Below are positions 1-14,799 of a stretch of DNA of 64,000 nt, in pieces. The position numbers were made by a program, and so were the translations under genes. The stretch lies in NCBI RefSeq assembly GCF_009914755.1, contig NC_060931.1. The stretch is one strand, 5' to 3'. Positions within the stretch are counted from its first letter, which is position 1, and each line of letters begins with the position of its first letter. The notes beneath the pieces are model-generated. The model worked only from the letters and a program-made list of their open reading frames with translations. It made no database searches and was not told the DNA's origin. Source of the DNA: the human T2T-CHM13v2.0 reference genome, Homo sapiens.

Positions 1-272
1 CTGTCTAGGCCCTCACATCCCTCCACTTTTCTCTTTTTCCCCATGACTTGGTCATGACACAGAAACAAAGTCCCCAGTGACAGTATCTTCTCAAAAACCA
101 AACAGTAAACTCTGAACTTTCTTTGCTATTGGATTCATGATTTGTGATTAAGCGTATTTTCCCCTTTGCAGGCTCTTAGTTATGTGTGGTAGATGTACTT
201 CTAAATTACATTTGCTTTAAAAATATAAAAAGTATAGAGTAACATAAATGATGTAGCATAATAAAACTTTAA

Positions 273-628
<356 letters not shown>

Positions 629-736
629 CTCATTCATTTCTTGTACTAGAAGTGGTGATCTTTGACAATTTGTTTTAATATGAAGTTGTTTTAATGAGGG
701 GCAAATATTTGGAGCAATTAGCTAATCATTACAACG

Positions 737-840
737 TTTTTTTTTTTTTCTTGTTTTGTTTTTCTCTTTTCTTTTTTTCCCCCAGCTACTGCTCCTCGCA
801 GAGCAGGGCTAACCCATAGGTAGTGTGCCCAGAGTCAGCC
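737..840 (-). mobile_element. Short poly(A)-tailed retrocopy, ~60-nt body, possibly LTR-derived
   Basis: T-rich tail 737-778 and body 779-840, flanked by TSD atcattacaa(c/t)gtt at 725-738 and 841-854. Confidence 0.8.
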
Positions 841-1299
841 ATCATTACAATGTTCACGCTTACAGCATAAGTTAAGGTAGGACTCAAAAAATTTTTCTGT
901 AAAGACAATCTCAGAATTAAGTGCTTTCAGGAATTACTATGCAGCTAGAATTTTCTGTAGGATTGAAGGTTCTAGCAGCTTTGAGCATTGATATTGATTT
1001 TGAGAATGAATCCAATTGGCAGTCATCCCCTGGAAGACTTAATTTGAGGTCTTTATACGTACTTGCGCTACAGTAAATAAGAATGTGTCCTAGATGGAGG
1101 CAAAATGGGGTGGGTTTCAAGCATTTAATAAATGTGTTAAACATTTTAACTATTATTTCCTCTTTTCAATTTCAAATAGTGTTAAATGATTGTTATGGGT
1201 AGGAATAGGGTAAACCCATTTCTAGGGCATGGTTTAGAACATTGGTGCAGTTTTTTTCCCAAGAATATCTTAATCACAGCCCTGGTTTTTAGTCTGTTT

Positions 1300-1732
1300 T
1301 TCTAAGAACTCCGGGAGTTATGCTGGTTTCCTCAGGGATTGTTTTTGGCATTTTCCTCATCATAGAACCTTATGGCATCACCTTGGAGACACAGCGTTAG
1401 TTTAAGGAATGGACATGTGATCACGCAGGTCAATTGGAGTCCCATTTGGTGCTTTTCTGTAGGAGTAGCAGGGAGAGACTGCCTCTTCTGGTTGGATTGC
1501 TAGTGGTGTGTGGGCTGCCAAGTGGCCCCCTTCCTGGCACCAAGCAGAATGCAGCACACACAGGGAGCAGAGCCCGGAGGCTTGAGCCTGATGGCACTTG
1601 AGGAATCTGGGTCCTGGAATGGTAGATGTCCTCCATGCTACCCACTTGCATAGTGAATACATTGCCTTTTTGTCTAAGGTTAAGTTTTCGTTGTTGTTGT
1701 TACATGCAGAATTGAGAAATATGGCCAATATC
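1300..1732 (+). mobile_element. Old MaLR LTR fragment (MLT1J/K-like)
   Basis: 3' end ...gttgttacatgcagaattgagaaatatggccaata resembles the MLT1 LTR terminus; left boundary approximate. Confidence 0.45.
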
Positions 1733-2449
1733 TTAGGGAAGGTGGCAAGTTAGGAACTGTACTAGCAGGCTATTAAAAGAATCACAGAGGCTAGTAGCCT
1801 TTAGTTTTTAATTTTTTGATTGTCTATTTTTGCTTGTTTGTGATGAGTATTTCTACACCTGGCCAGGGATGCATTCAGATAAACATTTTGGATACCTCCT
1901 CTAAAGTGTCTGTCCACACCACAGGATCACCGCCTGGTCCCTTAGTGCTGACATTCCACTCCAGGAGATGCTGGGCTCCCGGGTGGCGCGCTGTGAGGAT
2001 GCTCGAGCTGTATCAATTGTGAACCTCACTTTCAGGAGTTCAGTAATTGTGAGACGGTATCTTCAGGCATTGTGGAACTCTTTGGGGGATGTGACTATCC
2101 AGGGCATTCTGGAGAAAGGAATAATGTTCAGTAATAAAACCCTGGAGACAGGAATTCTTACTGTACCTGTGACCCATGAAGTCTTAGGGCAAATGTAGAA
2201 GGCTCTGTTTGGCTGAATGAATCTTGAGGCATCCACCTTGCCTTGGAGTTACTTTATTTACAGCAACAGACACACTCACAAAGAAAGTTTGTAAGCAAAA
2301 TATTACAACACTTTGTTTTGCTTCTGGTTCTGCCATTCTGCTGTCATCTTTGCAAGCTGCAAAATGTGAGGGACAGGAGAAGAGAAGTTTTTTTCCTCTT
2401 ATGTCATGGCCTTCAGCATTCTTAGACCAGAGCCTGCTTTCTTTAACAC

Positions 2450-2612
2450 TCTAACCACTTTTATTAGTTTGCTTATTCAGTGGTAGAATGTAAACTCCAA
2501 GAGGTCAGGAGTCACACTAGTCACTATATTCTTGGATAGCCCCAGCCAAATACCTGACACAGCAGGTGCTTGATAGACAATCTGTTGAATTATATGCAAT
2601 CTGTTGAATGAA
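2450..2612 (+). mobile_element. L2 3' end fragment
   Basis: tagaatgtaaactccaagaggtcagg...cctgacacagcaggtgcttga...tgttgaatgaa matches the L2 3' terminus. Confidence 0.7.
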
Positions 2613-3476
2613 GCTCTTAAGTTATCTAGATTTTAGGAACTACTGGGGCAGATTCTCATCAGACAGGTGCAAAGAATGGGTATTTTAAAGCAATTAGATT
2701 TAACAGAACATCATTATGCAAATGTAGCTCTGGGATGTCCCACTCAGATGCCAGGCTTATAATGTTATTGAAGTGTTATATGAATTTGTGTGTGTTTGTG
2801 GGCGGAGTGGATTCTCTTGTTAATATTGGGCCTCAGGTTTATTGATATTTTCGATAGAAATAACTTGAAAATTGCTGATGAAAGATACAAATGTTTCTTT
2901 CCCAGGTGTTTTAAATTTTCTTAGGAATATATGACAAGCTGGCGTTGGATTGCGTGTCCTAGGTTTTGTTACCTTGGCCCAGTGCTGCTGTCACTATCCC
3001 AACCACCTGGTCTGTCTGATCCTGGAGCACTGGGTGAGAAGCTGTTTATTCTGTCAGTCTGACTGTATTAGCAGTCCCCCCTCCCCACAGAGGCAGAGAA
3101 GACTCCACTCTGTTATGTAATTGTGAGTGCTGGGAGATAGTGGGGGGAGTTATAATTTAGGGAATTTCCATATTGGAGATAGTACTGCCTATGTGTCATA
3201 TGATGCATTTGACATCATATGGGTTATTCATCGATGGGTTATTCAACACGTTTGAATAGTAAGGCCTCCAATTGCCATTTATAGCATATGTGCTAAAGAA
3301 ACAAAATGGTGTGTTGGGAGTTACATCCATCATCTTTCCCCTTTGGTTGAAATTTAAAGTGACAGACTGTTATACTTTAAAAACCGTATTGATCAAATCA
3401 TCTTAAACACATACTAAATTCCTAGAAAAAAATCTGCAATTGATACTGTAGTTTTTTCTATATTACAATTATTTAT

Positions 3477-3578
3477 GGCCAGGTGTGGTGGCTCATGCCT
3501 GTAAACTCTTCGGGAGATTGAAACGGGACGATTGCACTCGCATCTGGATAACAGAGTGAGACCGTGTCCCTTAAAAAA
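3477..3578 (+). mobile_element. Internally deleted Alu/FLAM monomer
   Basis: ggccaggtgtggtggctcatgcctgtaa...acagagtgagaccgtgtc followed by a short A tail. Confidence 0.75.
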
Positions 3579-5221
3579 TTCATTTTAAAACCCGAATTGA
3601 AATTAGTCGTAAATTTTTAAACACTTATGGTGAGAACATTTGCATTTCTATCATAGGACCTCTGTGTTCCTTGTTCTTCTATTCCACTTTCTTGTCCCAC
3701 CTTCTGGTAACTGTGGTTCTTGCTTTTTCTGTTTCAAGTTCTTGCCCTTGGCTTCTCTTCCCTTCCCAGCATCTCTGCCTGCCTTGGGTTTCTTTCTACT
3801 CTCTCACCTTCGTTTCCCACATCTTCTCTATTTGTTCTCCGCCCTGTGATTCACTCTATATTTAAATCTACAATTTTACCCTCCCTCGTTGGTTTATTTT
3901 TTAATTGTTTCTAAATCTCAGTAAGCAATTTGAAATAAGAGCAAGGTGTGGTGCCTGATCAATTACCCTATGGCTGCCACCTCTTTAGAACTATTGGCTT
4001 AGAAATCACCTTTGGTCACACGAAATAGGGCATTTATTGCAGGTTTATTAGTGGGGAGAAATAACAATTGTTCCATGCACAGTATTGGTGCGTTTCTATT
4101 CTCAATCAATCAAGAATAACCGGTGAATTTTCCAAGATGGTTATTTAAAGTGCTATACTAATAATACTGAAAGTAAGCCATATGCACAACCTGGCAATTT
4201 TTTAAAATATCTTTTAAGTACTATATATCTAAGAGCAGATTACATTTTCAGTGGCAGTCCTCATTTTCTCCACATTGAGTTATGTCTTGGTACCACGCTT
4301 TATTGCAAAACTCTCACAACTAAAGGATTTAAAGTTTATTATTGCGATTTTAAAGCAGGATAGAAAGGAAAGGAGAGAAAAATAATTTTTCTGAGTGAAG
4401 GGACCTAGTTCTTATAATAGCATTTTGATCTGAGGACTGTGCTGTGATAAATAACTCTTACTGTAGAATCTAGATGAAATTAACCCTGGGAGAACCCTAT
4501 ATATCCCTGAGGCATTTGGTGGCCGACTACGACAGTGTGTAATCTGTTTTCACATAGTATAGTACACAGATGTATATGTGAGCTGAGTGTAAATGCAGAC
4601 TTCTTTCACCTTTTTGAAGACTATCTTTTTGAAGACTTTTCTTGGAGAGGATTTATCTAACACCTGTTTGAATCTTCTCTTTTTGTTATCGTGGTGATCT
4701 TATTTGAGTAGTATTTTGGTGATTGTGTTTGATCATAAATATATAGCAGCAGAAAATTTTTGCAGCACCAAACTCATAATTCTTGGATTTACCATATCTA
4801 AAGGAATGCCAATTTTGCATATTTTTTCCTATATCTTTACAAGCCTCATTAAAATATTAAACTTAAAAATTTTTTAAAGCATAATTGCGTTTTTCTTTTC
4901 AAACTTCTGAAGAAATGTACAAGATTTAAAATTAATTTTGATAAATTAATTTGCATTTACTTTGTAAGCCAGCACTTTGTAGTGTGAAATAATATTGAAA
5001 ATGGGAAACAATATGTATTGATAATTAAATGAATATACAACCAGTTTTCTTCCCGGAAGGCATTTTCATGTACCATGTAAAAGGTACTTTTTGGAATTAT
5101 TTATACTTTTATAGTTTTCCATGCGTGTGTGATTAGACTTCTGAGAAAAACTTGGATAATTTTACGATGATAAACATTTATATTTCATTTCAGTGTAGTT
5201 CAGTCACTTAAAAATATCCAC

Positions 5222-7424
5222 TTAATTTTATTTTGGGGACAACTGTAGATTCACAAGCGGTTATAAGAAATAATACAGAGAAATCCTCTGCCCCCTTCAT
5301 CAGTTTCCCCTTATGGTGGCATCTTGTTAAATGTGGAGCAATGCCACATCTAGGATATTGACTTTAGTACAGTCAAGAAACAGAACGTTTCCATCACCAC
5401 AAGGATCTCTCATGTTGCCCTTCTGCAGCCACACTGACCTCTCCTATCTCCTTCCACACTGCTCGGCAACCATGAATCTGTTCTCCATTTCTATAAATTT
5501 ATCATTTCAAAAATGTTATATAAATAGAATTATACTTTGGATATTGCTCTTTTTTCATTCAGCATAGTTCCCTGACGATTCATCTAGATTGTTTTCTATT
5601 TCAGTAATTCATTTCTTTTTTATTAAGTAGTGTTCCATGGAAACTGTGTACCACAGATTGTTTAACCATTCACCTATTAAAGACATCTGGGTTGTTTCCA
5701 TGTTTCGGTGGTTACAAATAAAGTAGCTATAAACATTTGTCTATAGATTTTATTGTGTATCCATTTTTTTCTGTGATAAGTGCCTAGGAATTCAGTTGTT
5801 GGCTTGTATGTTAATTGTATGTTTGTTGTTTAAGACAGCGGCCCCCAACCTTTTTGGCACCAGGGACCGGTTTCTTCAAAGACAGTTTTTCCATGGACCA
5901 AGGGTGGGAGGTGGTGTGGATGGTTTTGGGATGAAACTGTTCCACCTCACGTCATCAGGCATTAGGTTTTCACAAGAAGCACGCAGTCTAGATCCCTCAC
6001 CTGTGCAGTTCACAGTAGGGTTTGTGCTCCTATGAGAATCTAATGCTGCTGCTGATTTGCCCGGAGGAGCTCAGGCGGGAATGCTCCTTCGTCCACTGCT
6101 GCCCTCCTGCTGTGCAGCCTGGTTCCTAACAGGTCATGGACTGGTAACAGTTGTTGGCCTGGGGGTTGGGGACCCCTGGTTTAAGAAACCTTTTTTGAAG
6201 TGTTATACTATTTTACGTTGTCACCAGAAATGTGTGAATGTGATCCAGTTTCACATCCTCATCATTATTTGGTGTTACCATTATCTTTCATTTTGGCCAT
6301 TCTGAGATGTATGTGGTGATACCTTATTTTGGTTTTAATTTGCATTCCCCTAATGTTGAACATTGTTTTTTCATGTGCTTGTTTGTCATCTCTATATCCT
6401 CTTCAGTGAAACGTTTATGTCTTTTATCCATTTTCTAACTGGATCGTTTTTCACTGTTGAATTTTAAGAGTTCTTTATATATTTTAGATACTAGGCATTT
6501 GTTGAACATTTGGCGTACAAATATATTCTCACTCTGTAGACTCTATTTCCATTCTTTTAACAGGGTCTTTTGCGTAGAAAATGTTTTTAATTTTGATGAA
6601 GTCAGATTGATAAGTTTTTTCTTTTATGGGTCATGCTTTTGCTGTCGAGACTAAGAATTCTGCCTAGACTTGGATCCTGAAAATTTTCTCGTGTGTTGGT
6701 TTCTTTTAAAAGTTCTGTAGTTTTATGTTTCACATTAAAGTCCATGGCACATTTTGAGTTAACTTTTGTATATGGTTGAGGTTCTTTTTTTGCTTTTAAA
6801 CCCATGGATATGCAATTGCTCCTGCACCATTTGTTGAAAAGCCTATTTTTTCTCCATTGAATTTTTTTTGCACCTCTCTCAAAAATCACTTGGACATATC
6901 TGTTCATCTGTTTTTGCATTTTCTACTCTATTTCATTGATCTGTGTATGTCCCCCAGCTGATAATATATTGTCTTGATTACTATAGCTATATAATAAGCT
7001 TTGAAATCAGGTACACTGATGATTGCCCCTTTATTTTCTTTTTCAAAATTGTTTCTGGTTATTCTAGTTCCTTTGTCTTTTCAGATAAATTTTAGCATAC
7101 ACTTTTCTGTATCTAGAAAAAAATCTTGCTGTGATTTTGATAGGAATTGCATCAAATCTTTGGAAGAATTGACATCTTTACTGTGTTGAGTCTTCCAATC
7201 TATGAACATGGTATGTCTCACCATTTGTTTACATCATTGATTTCTTTCATCAGCATTTTTAGTTTTCAGTATATGAGTCCTGTACATGTTTCGGTAGCTT
7301 TACACTTAAGAACTTAATTTTCTTTGGAGCGATTGTAAGTAGTATTGTATTTTAAATTTTGGTGTCAGTGTGTTCATTGCTAGCATATAGGAGTTTTTAT
7401 CTTATATCCTGTGACCTTGCTGAT
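5222..7424 (-). mobile_element. L1 (L1MC/L1MD-like) 3' UTR and ORF2 C-terminal part, interrupted by MER1B
   Basis: Antisense L1 3' UTR (aactgtagattcacaagcggttataagaaataatacagag); ORF 6602-6919(-) IQWRKNRLFNKWC...PYTKVNSK resembles L1 ORF2. Confidence 0.9.
5836..6178 (+). mobile_element. MER1B (hAT-Charlie) non-autonomous DNA transposon
   Basis: TIRs cagcggcccccaacc...ggttggggacccctg; perfect 8-bp TSD gtttaaga at 5828-5835 and 6179-6186. Confidence 0.92.
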
Positions 7425-7604
7425 TTGAGGCCGCAACTTCTGCAGTGTAATGTAAAGCCATTGAACATGGAGAGGGCAAAACAAAAAAGTAAATTGGAGT
7501 GCCTCATACAGGAGTAGATTGTTTGCTAGAGAATGGTGGTAGTGGACATGTGTCTCAATTGTATTCATTTTCAGTTTGAGTGAGTCACTTTTCATCTTGT
7601 GCTT

Positions 7605-7960
7605 TTCTAACACCTGGAACCTCTTTTCCAAGAAACTCTGGTTCCTTTTAGGGGAGAATAATTTGAAAACCAAGATTCTGGGTACCATTGCAATAGGAGG
7701 CCATTACTTCAGAACTCTTTCAGTGGTCGGAACTAAGAAATAAAAATAATTGAGTTTGTATCAATGTTTTCAATTCAAATTTAGCAGAAAAATTCTTCCC
7801 CTTAACTTATTTCATTATATATTTCTATTCATTTTCTCTTACACTGAAAATAGTGATTTCTTAATGATATCAACTTATTTGCTTTATCTTACTATACACA
7901 TAAATGTTTTAAAATTGCTGTATTAAAATTAAAACTATTGAATAAAATTTAAGATTTCCT
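7605..7960 (-). mobile_element. L1MC4/5-like 3' UTR fragment
   Basis: cctggaacc...ccaagaaactctggttcctttaggggagaataatttgaaaaccaagattctggg matches the L1MC 3' UTR. Confidence 0.65.
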
Positions 7961-8058
7961 TGCAGGTTTTTTTGAAGGGCATAGTCCTTTCAATATATAC
8001 TGCTGAGGATGTAGAGACAGAACACTGACTTTAGAAGTCTCTTCAAGTCTTTTTTCCA

Positions 8059-8394
<336 letters not shown>

Positions 8395-8519
8395 TTACCG
8401 ATTCGATGTTAATAGTGGTTTATTTCTGTTTCTCTAATTCTGAGTTTTCAATTTCTGGATTAATTCTTTCCATATAAATAGGTTTGAAGTCAAAATTAAA
8501 TAAAAAGTTCTACATAGAG

Positions 8520-9348
<829 letters not shown>

Positions 9349-11054
9349 TATTGTTTTTATTTCTAAAGAGGAAGGAAGATTATTTATTTGGAAGATAAGT
9401 TGTGAAAGTTACTTCCCAGTTTGCCATTGGTCTTTTGACTTTGCCTACAATTTTATTTTATTTATTTATTTATTTATTTTTATTTTTATTTTTTGCCAGG
9501 AATGAGTTTTAAAGAATGTATCTTTTTTATATTTGTAATTTGTCATCGTTGTAATTTCATGTGATCTGGATCTTTAGGTACATGTTTCACAATGGATGGA
9601 ATAGAAAAGTTAGGAATTTTGTGTAGGAAAGCAAGGAATAGAATAGAAAATAAAATAGAAAAGTTAGGAATTACTTTTTATGTTTGCATTCTCTAGCTGC
9701 TCACTTTTTTTGACTATATTTCAAGCCAACTGTCACAGGGCATCATTCCAGGTCCTATTTTGGTTTCTTTCCTCAGTCAATACTAGAAAACCACAGAGTG
9801 CCATTCCCGGCATTTCATCTATCCCATACTTGTCATTTGTAAAACAAGTGCCTAGTGATGTTAATTATTTCTGTAGAGTTGCATTTATGCTCTTTTAATT
9901 TTTCTGTATTTGTGCTGAATTTCCATAGTCTGTGGACAGATTTGCTCTGGGTGCTATAGTCAGCTGAGTTGGAGTCTAGACCATTTATAACTTAACTCTT
10001 CGACCTATTTAACTGTCTGCTTCCTTGCTCTTAGTTTGAGTTACTCAAATTCCAGTTGCCTTAACTGTAAAATTGGCTAGTAGAGCCATGTACCTCCAGG
10101 GAATTCAGTGTATTGTTTAGATGATGATTAGGTCTTATTTATGTTTTCATATAAGCTATTATAACAAAATTGCAGTTTAAAATGAATATATAGGAAAATG
10201 TTTTCTTTAGAAACTTAGAATAAACCAGAACATTCTTAAATTTCCACTTATTGCATGTTGATGGAGCTTGACTCTCTTCCCTGTAAGGATGAACATTGCA
10301 GAAAGACTGTGAAAAAGTGGTGCCATCACATCATCAGATCTCTTATTGCAGAAGTTATAATTCTAAGAGAAAACAATCTGCAATAAGGAGTTCTATCATA
10401 TTTTTGTAAGTATATTATTGACTTCCAATTAAAATTAGTCCTAGTAATAATGGCATCTGTGAATAAGGAAATCTGAAACCAATAACGTGTAAAATTGAGT
10501 TAAATATTGTTGAGCCAGTTATATAAGTCATGTTAATTTCTAGGTGTTACAAACAGAAGAAAGTGTTCTCAAGCTTCTCCGTTCCCCAGACAGAATCTGC
10601 TGGGTTCCTGCTATTGACATCAAAGTTACTTGTTCTCCCATTAGGCTGCTGTTAAAACGAACACTTAAAAATTATCTTTTGTCCATCATACTTTTGTGGG
10701 AAACATTTTTCTCCAATGGATTTCAAATCCCATATCTCTTACTATGGTATTTCCATCCAATTTTCATGGTTTTGAAGCAGAGCAATCAGTATGGAGTAGG
10801 GGGATGGAGTGAAAATGATAACTTTATAATTAAAATCGGCACGGAAGGGTTTGGATCACGGGATGGTGGGATTAAAGGTGTAACCTGTGAGGACAGTAAC
10901 AGAGGAGACCCACTGGAAACATTGTAGGACTTGGAGAGCCTGTCGGGTGAGTGCCCTGGGGATCTTTATGTGCCCATTTGTCATTTTCACTTCTAGAAGT
11001 GAGAAGCATCAGGACACTGTCTGTGCCACCTCTGTCTTCCCACTCTATTCCAAA

Positions 11055-11147
11055 CCTCCTGGGCTGGTAGGAGGGCTGAATGAGATAACACAAAGCACTT
11101 AGAACCGTGTGTGACATGTATTAGGAACTGAAGAAGAGTTAGCTATT
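11055..11147 (+). mobile_element. MIR 3' fragment
   Basis: gagggctgaatgagataacacaaagcacttagaaccgtg...gttagctatta. Confidence 0.65.
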
Positions 11148-11254
11148 ACACATAACATTTGATTGGTATTAAATAATATAAACATTGCTTCCTGTACTCT
11201 CTATTATATAAATAAAGAGCAAGGAATGGTGTGTAATTCTGTGAAACTGTGTAG

Positions 11255-11648
<394 letters not shown>

Positions 11649-11654
11649 AATAAT

Positions 11655-11811
11655 GTAAATTCTTATTGAAACAGTCATGCTTGTGTAGGTACTGTCTGTG
11701 GTCACTTTTGTTCTACAATGACAGAGCTGTGTAGATGTGACAGAGATTATACAGCCTGCAAAACAAAATACTTAGTATCTGGCCTGTTATAGGGCAAGCT
11801 TGCCAACTCTT
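11655..11811 (+). mobile_element. MER58-like hAT fragment
   Basis: ctacaatgacagagctgtgtagatgtgacagagatt...atctggcctgttatagggcaagcttgccaactct matches the MER58 3' half. Confidence 0.75.
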
Positions 11812-13729
11812 ACATACAGAGTGTTCTGATCCAAGGAAAAAGTAATAAAAAGTACCCAATTATAGAGCAGCTTCCTGAAATCAACATTTGTTCTTTCTTT
11901 TACATCTCCTATTGAAGAATAGGATGTTGTATATAAGAGGATAGCACAAAATGTTTCCTCAAGTTTTCATTTATGTCACTGAAGAGTTGACTTTAAAGAA
12001 TTATTATAAATTAATAAAATGTAACCATTTGGAATAAGCTATGTAAATGAATTTGAAAGTTTGAAGTTGTTGCTTTTCTTTAGTAATGAAAAACTAACCC
12101 ATGAAATGTGTGGTAGATTTTTCACTTATTAAGAGTAAATATGCGCATTTATGGCGTGCAGTGTTTCACTTAAGAAAGTGGGTATTTCAGGGCAGCACCT
12201 AGCCACTGCTGGTGTACAGTGCGGACTGGGAGCACAGTGCCCTAGGCACAGGCAGCCTGTGAGTATCCGTGGCAGTTCGTTTCTAACTAGCAAAGGAAAA
12301 GGACTTCTAAAATCAATACTGGTTTTAAAATGTATCATTACTGTTATTTGGCTCAGTTGGATTCAGAGCCATAATAAATAGTATGAACATCGGCCTAAGT
12401 TAAAGTTTGCATTTAGACCTGATTGTGAATGGAAAGATGTACATATGACTTGAGAGAGTATGGTTTTGACAGAGTGGTTGTTAATGCCTCAGAACTAAAG
12501 AGGTTTCATGAATACATAGGTTTTCAGTACAGTCTCCTTACCGGCAGGGGAATATCAGACAAGTGGTGTTTTTCAGACAGTGAAGCAGATGGCTCTTTCT
12601 CTTCAGTACAGGGTGTACCAACAAAGAGAGACAGTTACACAAATGTTAACCCCTGAGGGAGAGAGAAAACAATTGCAGTCAGTTGTTCTTTATAAGTCTG
12701 TATCTTGACTTCACAGTGGTGTGAAAAAGTAATTTCTTCTTTTATAAAAAGCATTAAATGCACAGGAGCAGCCTGTAATCTGAGTCCAACTAAAATGGTG
12801 GAAGATGATGTAATCACTTAAAAAGGAAACAGACTGTTATGTTTGACATTTCTGGAGTAACGTGGTGGTGGACTACTTGGGCCCGATATACCGCTTCCAA
12901 ATTCTCGTTAAAACGTCCAGCAGTTGTGCTATAAAGCAAATTGCCATATGCCAAGATCTGGGCAGAATGTTCTTCAATATGGCTGGTGAAACAGATTGCG
13001 AATGGTCTTGGACTATATAGCACATGTTCTATTCTCTGAACTAGAACAAGACAAATGCCCCACGCTGGGTAGGACATGTTTTAAAATTCATGTACACAGT
13101 GTGCATAGCTTTGGGAGGCCTTGGGTCATGCTGAGTGGTCCAAGTTTGTCATTCCCAGTCTGTGGAGCCAGTCATACCTGGGTCCCTCACCTGCTCCTCC
13201 TCTGTCTCCACTAGCTCCTTTCTCTCCACTTTGACTTAAAAACCCAAACTCCCAACATGCAGCCCCGGAGCAGGAGGCAGAGGGAGGTGCTAAGGGTGCC
13301 GTCCAACCCTGACTGCAAATCACTTAAAAGCTTTTTGAAACGGAGGAAGAGCCGTGCATCCCCGTGTTTCGTGTACAACATATGATACATGTGACAGTTG
13401 ACAAGAGTGCCTGAGTCTCAGAGCAGGAAGAGTTATCCTGCCTCCACATGCATTGAAGGGAATATATGTCACACGTTACTAGCCAGGCTCAGAGGAGAAC
13501 ACATCTCATTTACAAGTTCAAATCTGAAAGGGAGAAATGTGCTAGTATTTAGTGGATCTTGAGGAAACTAGGGATGTGTTACCCATCTGTGCAGGAACAT
13601 TAGATCTAGATGGGGCTCTCCTAGTCAAAACGCTGAGCATGTGGCGTAGGAAAAAATTTCCAGGATGCAGGGGAAGGACAGAATGACTTGGAGGACAGTG
13701 TCTCTCTCTGAAAATGGTTACATGTGAAA

Positions 13730-14450
13730 CACAGGTAACAAATTTAGGATAAATCTGGTATCTTAAAAAAAGAAACATGACTTTGGGAAAAGAAGAAACC
13801 AGGGGGCCCTAAGGGGGAAAAGACTGAGATGAAAACAGAAACATACAAACAAAAAAGCTGATCGAAATAAAAGAATGCGAGGAAACCAAAACTGCAATGA
13901 GACTTAAAATCCCTACTAAGATAATCAGAAGACTTGATCTCCAAAAATAGAAGAGGAGTATGGATGGCAAACTTGGACACTCTCAGGATGCAGAGGAGAA
14001 AAAGATAAAAGTGGGTAAATACGAAAGGTAGACGTGGAGGACAGATAATGGATCCTTCACCCAAGAGGAGTTCCTGAACAGGAAACTGAAGTCATCTGGA
14101 AAACCACAATTAAATTGACTGCACTGCAGAAGAGTGTGAGTAAATAGCATAAGAAACCCTGACAGTCGGCCAAAATTAACGAACAGAGGTTTCTACTTAG
14201 ATCTATCCTCACAATTTGAATTTTTAGGATAAAACAATCCCAGGAGATAGAGCAGGTTGTGAAGAAACACAGGTTAGGTTTGTCTCAGGTATCTTGTCTA
14301 TTAAATGCTAGGAATCTGTAAGGCTGTGGTTCAGTAACTGTCATCAGCTACGTTGTTAACATACAGTTTACAGGCTATTCAGATGTAAAACAACAGCATT
14401 TATGTTCCATTCACCCCTTAAAAAGCTACATAAATATGAGTTTCATCCAC
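13730..14450 (+). mobile_element. HAL1/L1ME ORF1-like degenerate fragment
   Basis: A-rich, purine-rich ORF1-like sequence (gtagacgtggaggacagat...ggagttcctgaacagg). Confidence 0.5.
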
Positions 14451-14688
14451 GGAGGAGACCACCCTTAGATTTTAGGTTATGTCTCTGACTTTGAAGGGAG
14501 AGAGTCTGGAGCAGTGCGAAGTCTTACAGCTTCCTGACCTTTTGGGAGGTTGGGAAATATTTATGTGTGTCCTGTGACTGGTAGTTAGCAGAAAAGGCTC
14601 CCAAGCTAGTCCAACACAACTGATCAGGAAGTTGGGTCATCCAACAGAAAATGTAGCCCACGTTACAGTTAGAAAATTAAAAATCCAG

Positions 14689-14795
14689 GGCTAGGCAAAT
14701 GCTTTCTTAAATATGATATGAAAAGCACAAGCAATAAAAGGAAAATGATAAATTGAACTTAATCAAAATGGAAAACCTCTGTGCTTCAGAACACG
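14689..14795 (+). mobile_element. L1 ORF2 fragment
   Basis: ggctaggcaaatgctttcttaaatatgatatgaaaagcacaagcaataaaaggaaaatgataaattgaac. Confidence 0.7.
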
Positions 14796-14799
14796 CCCT

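Noticed and set aside
4609-4638. Short 12-24-bp tandem duplications (also near 2577, 57652 and 57745)
   Set aside because: Ordinary slippage products with no further structure.
10544-10927. 127-aa ORF after an AG acceptor-like site
   Set aside because: Non-ATG start, weak pyrimidine tract and no recognisable protein similarity.
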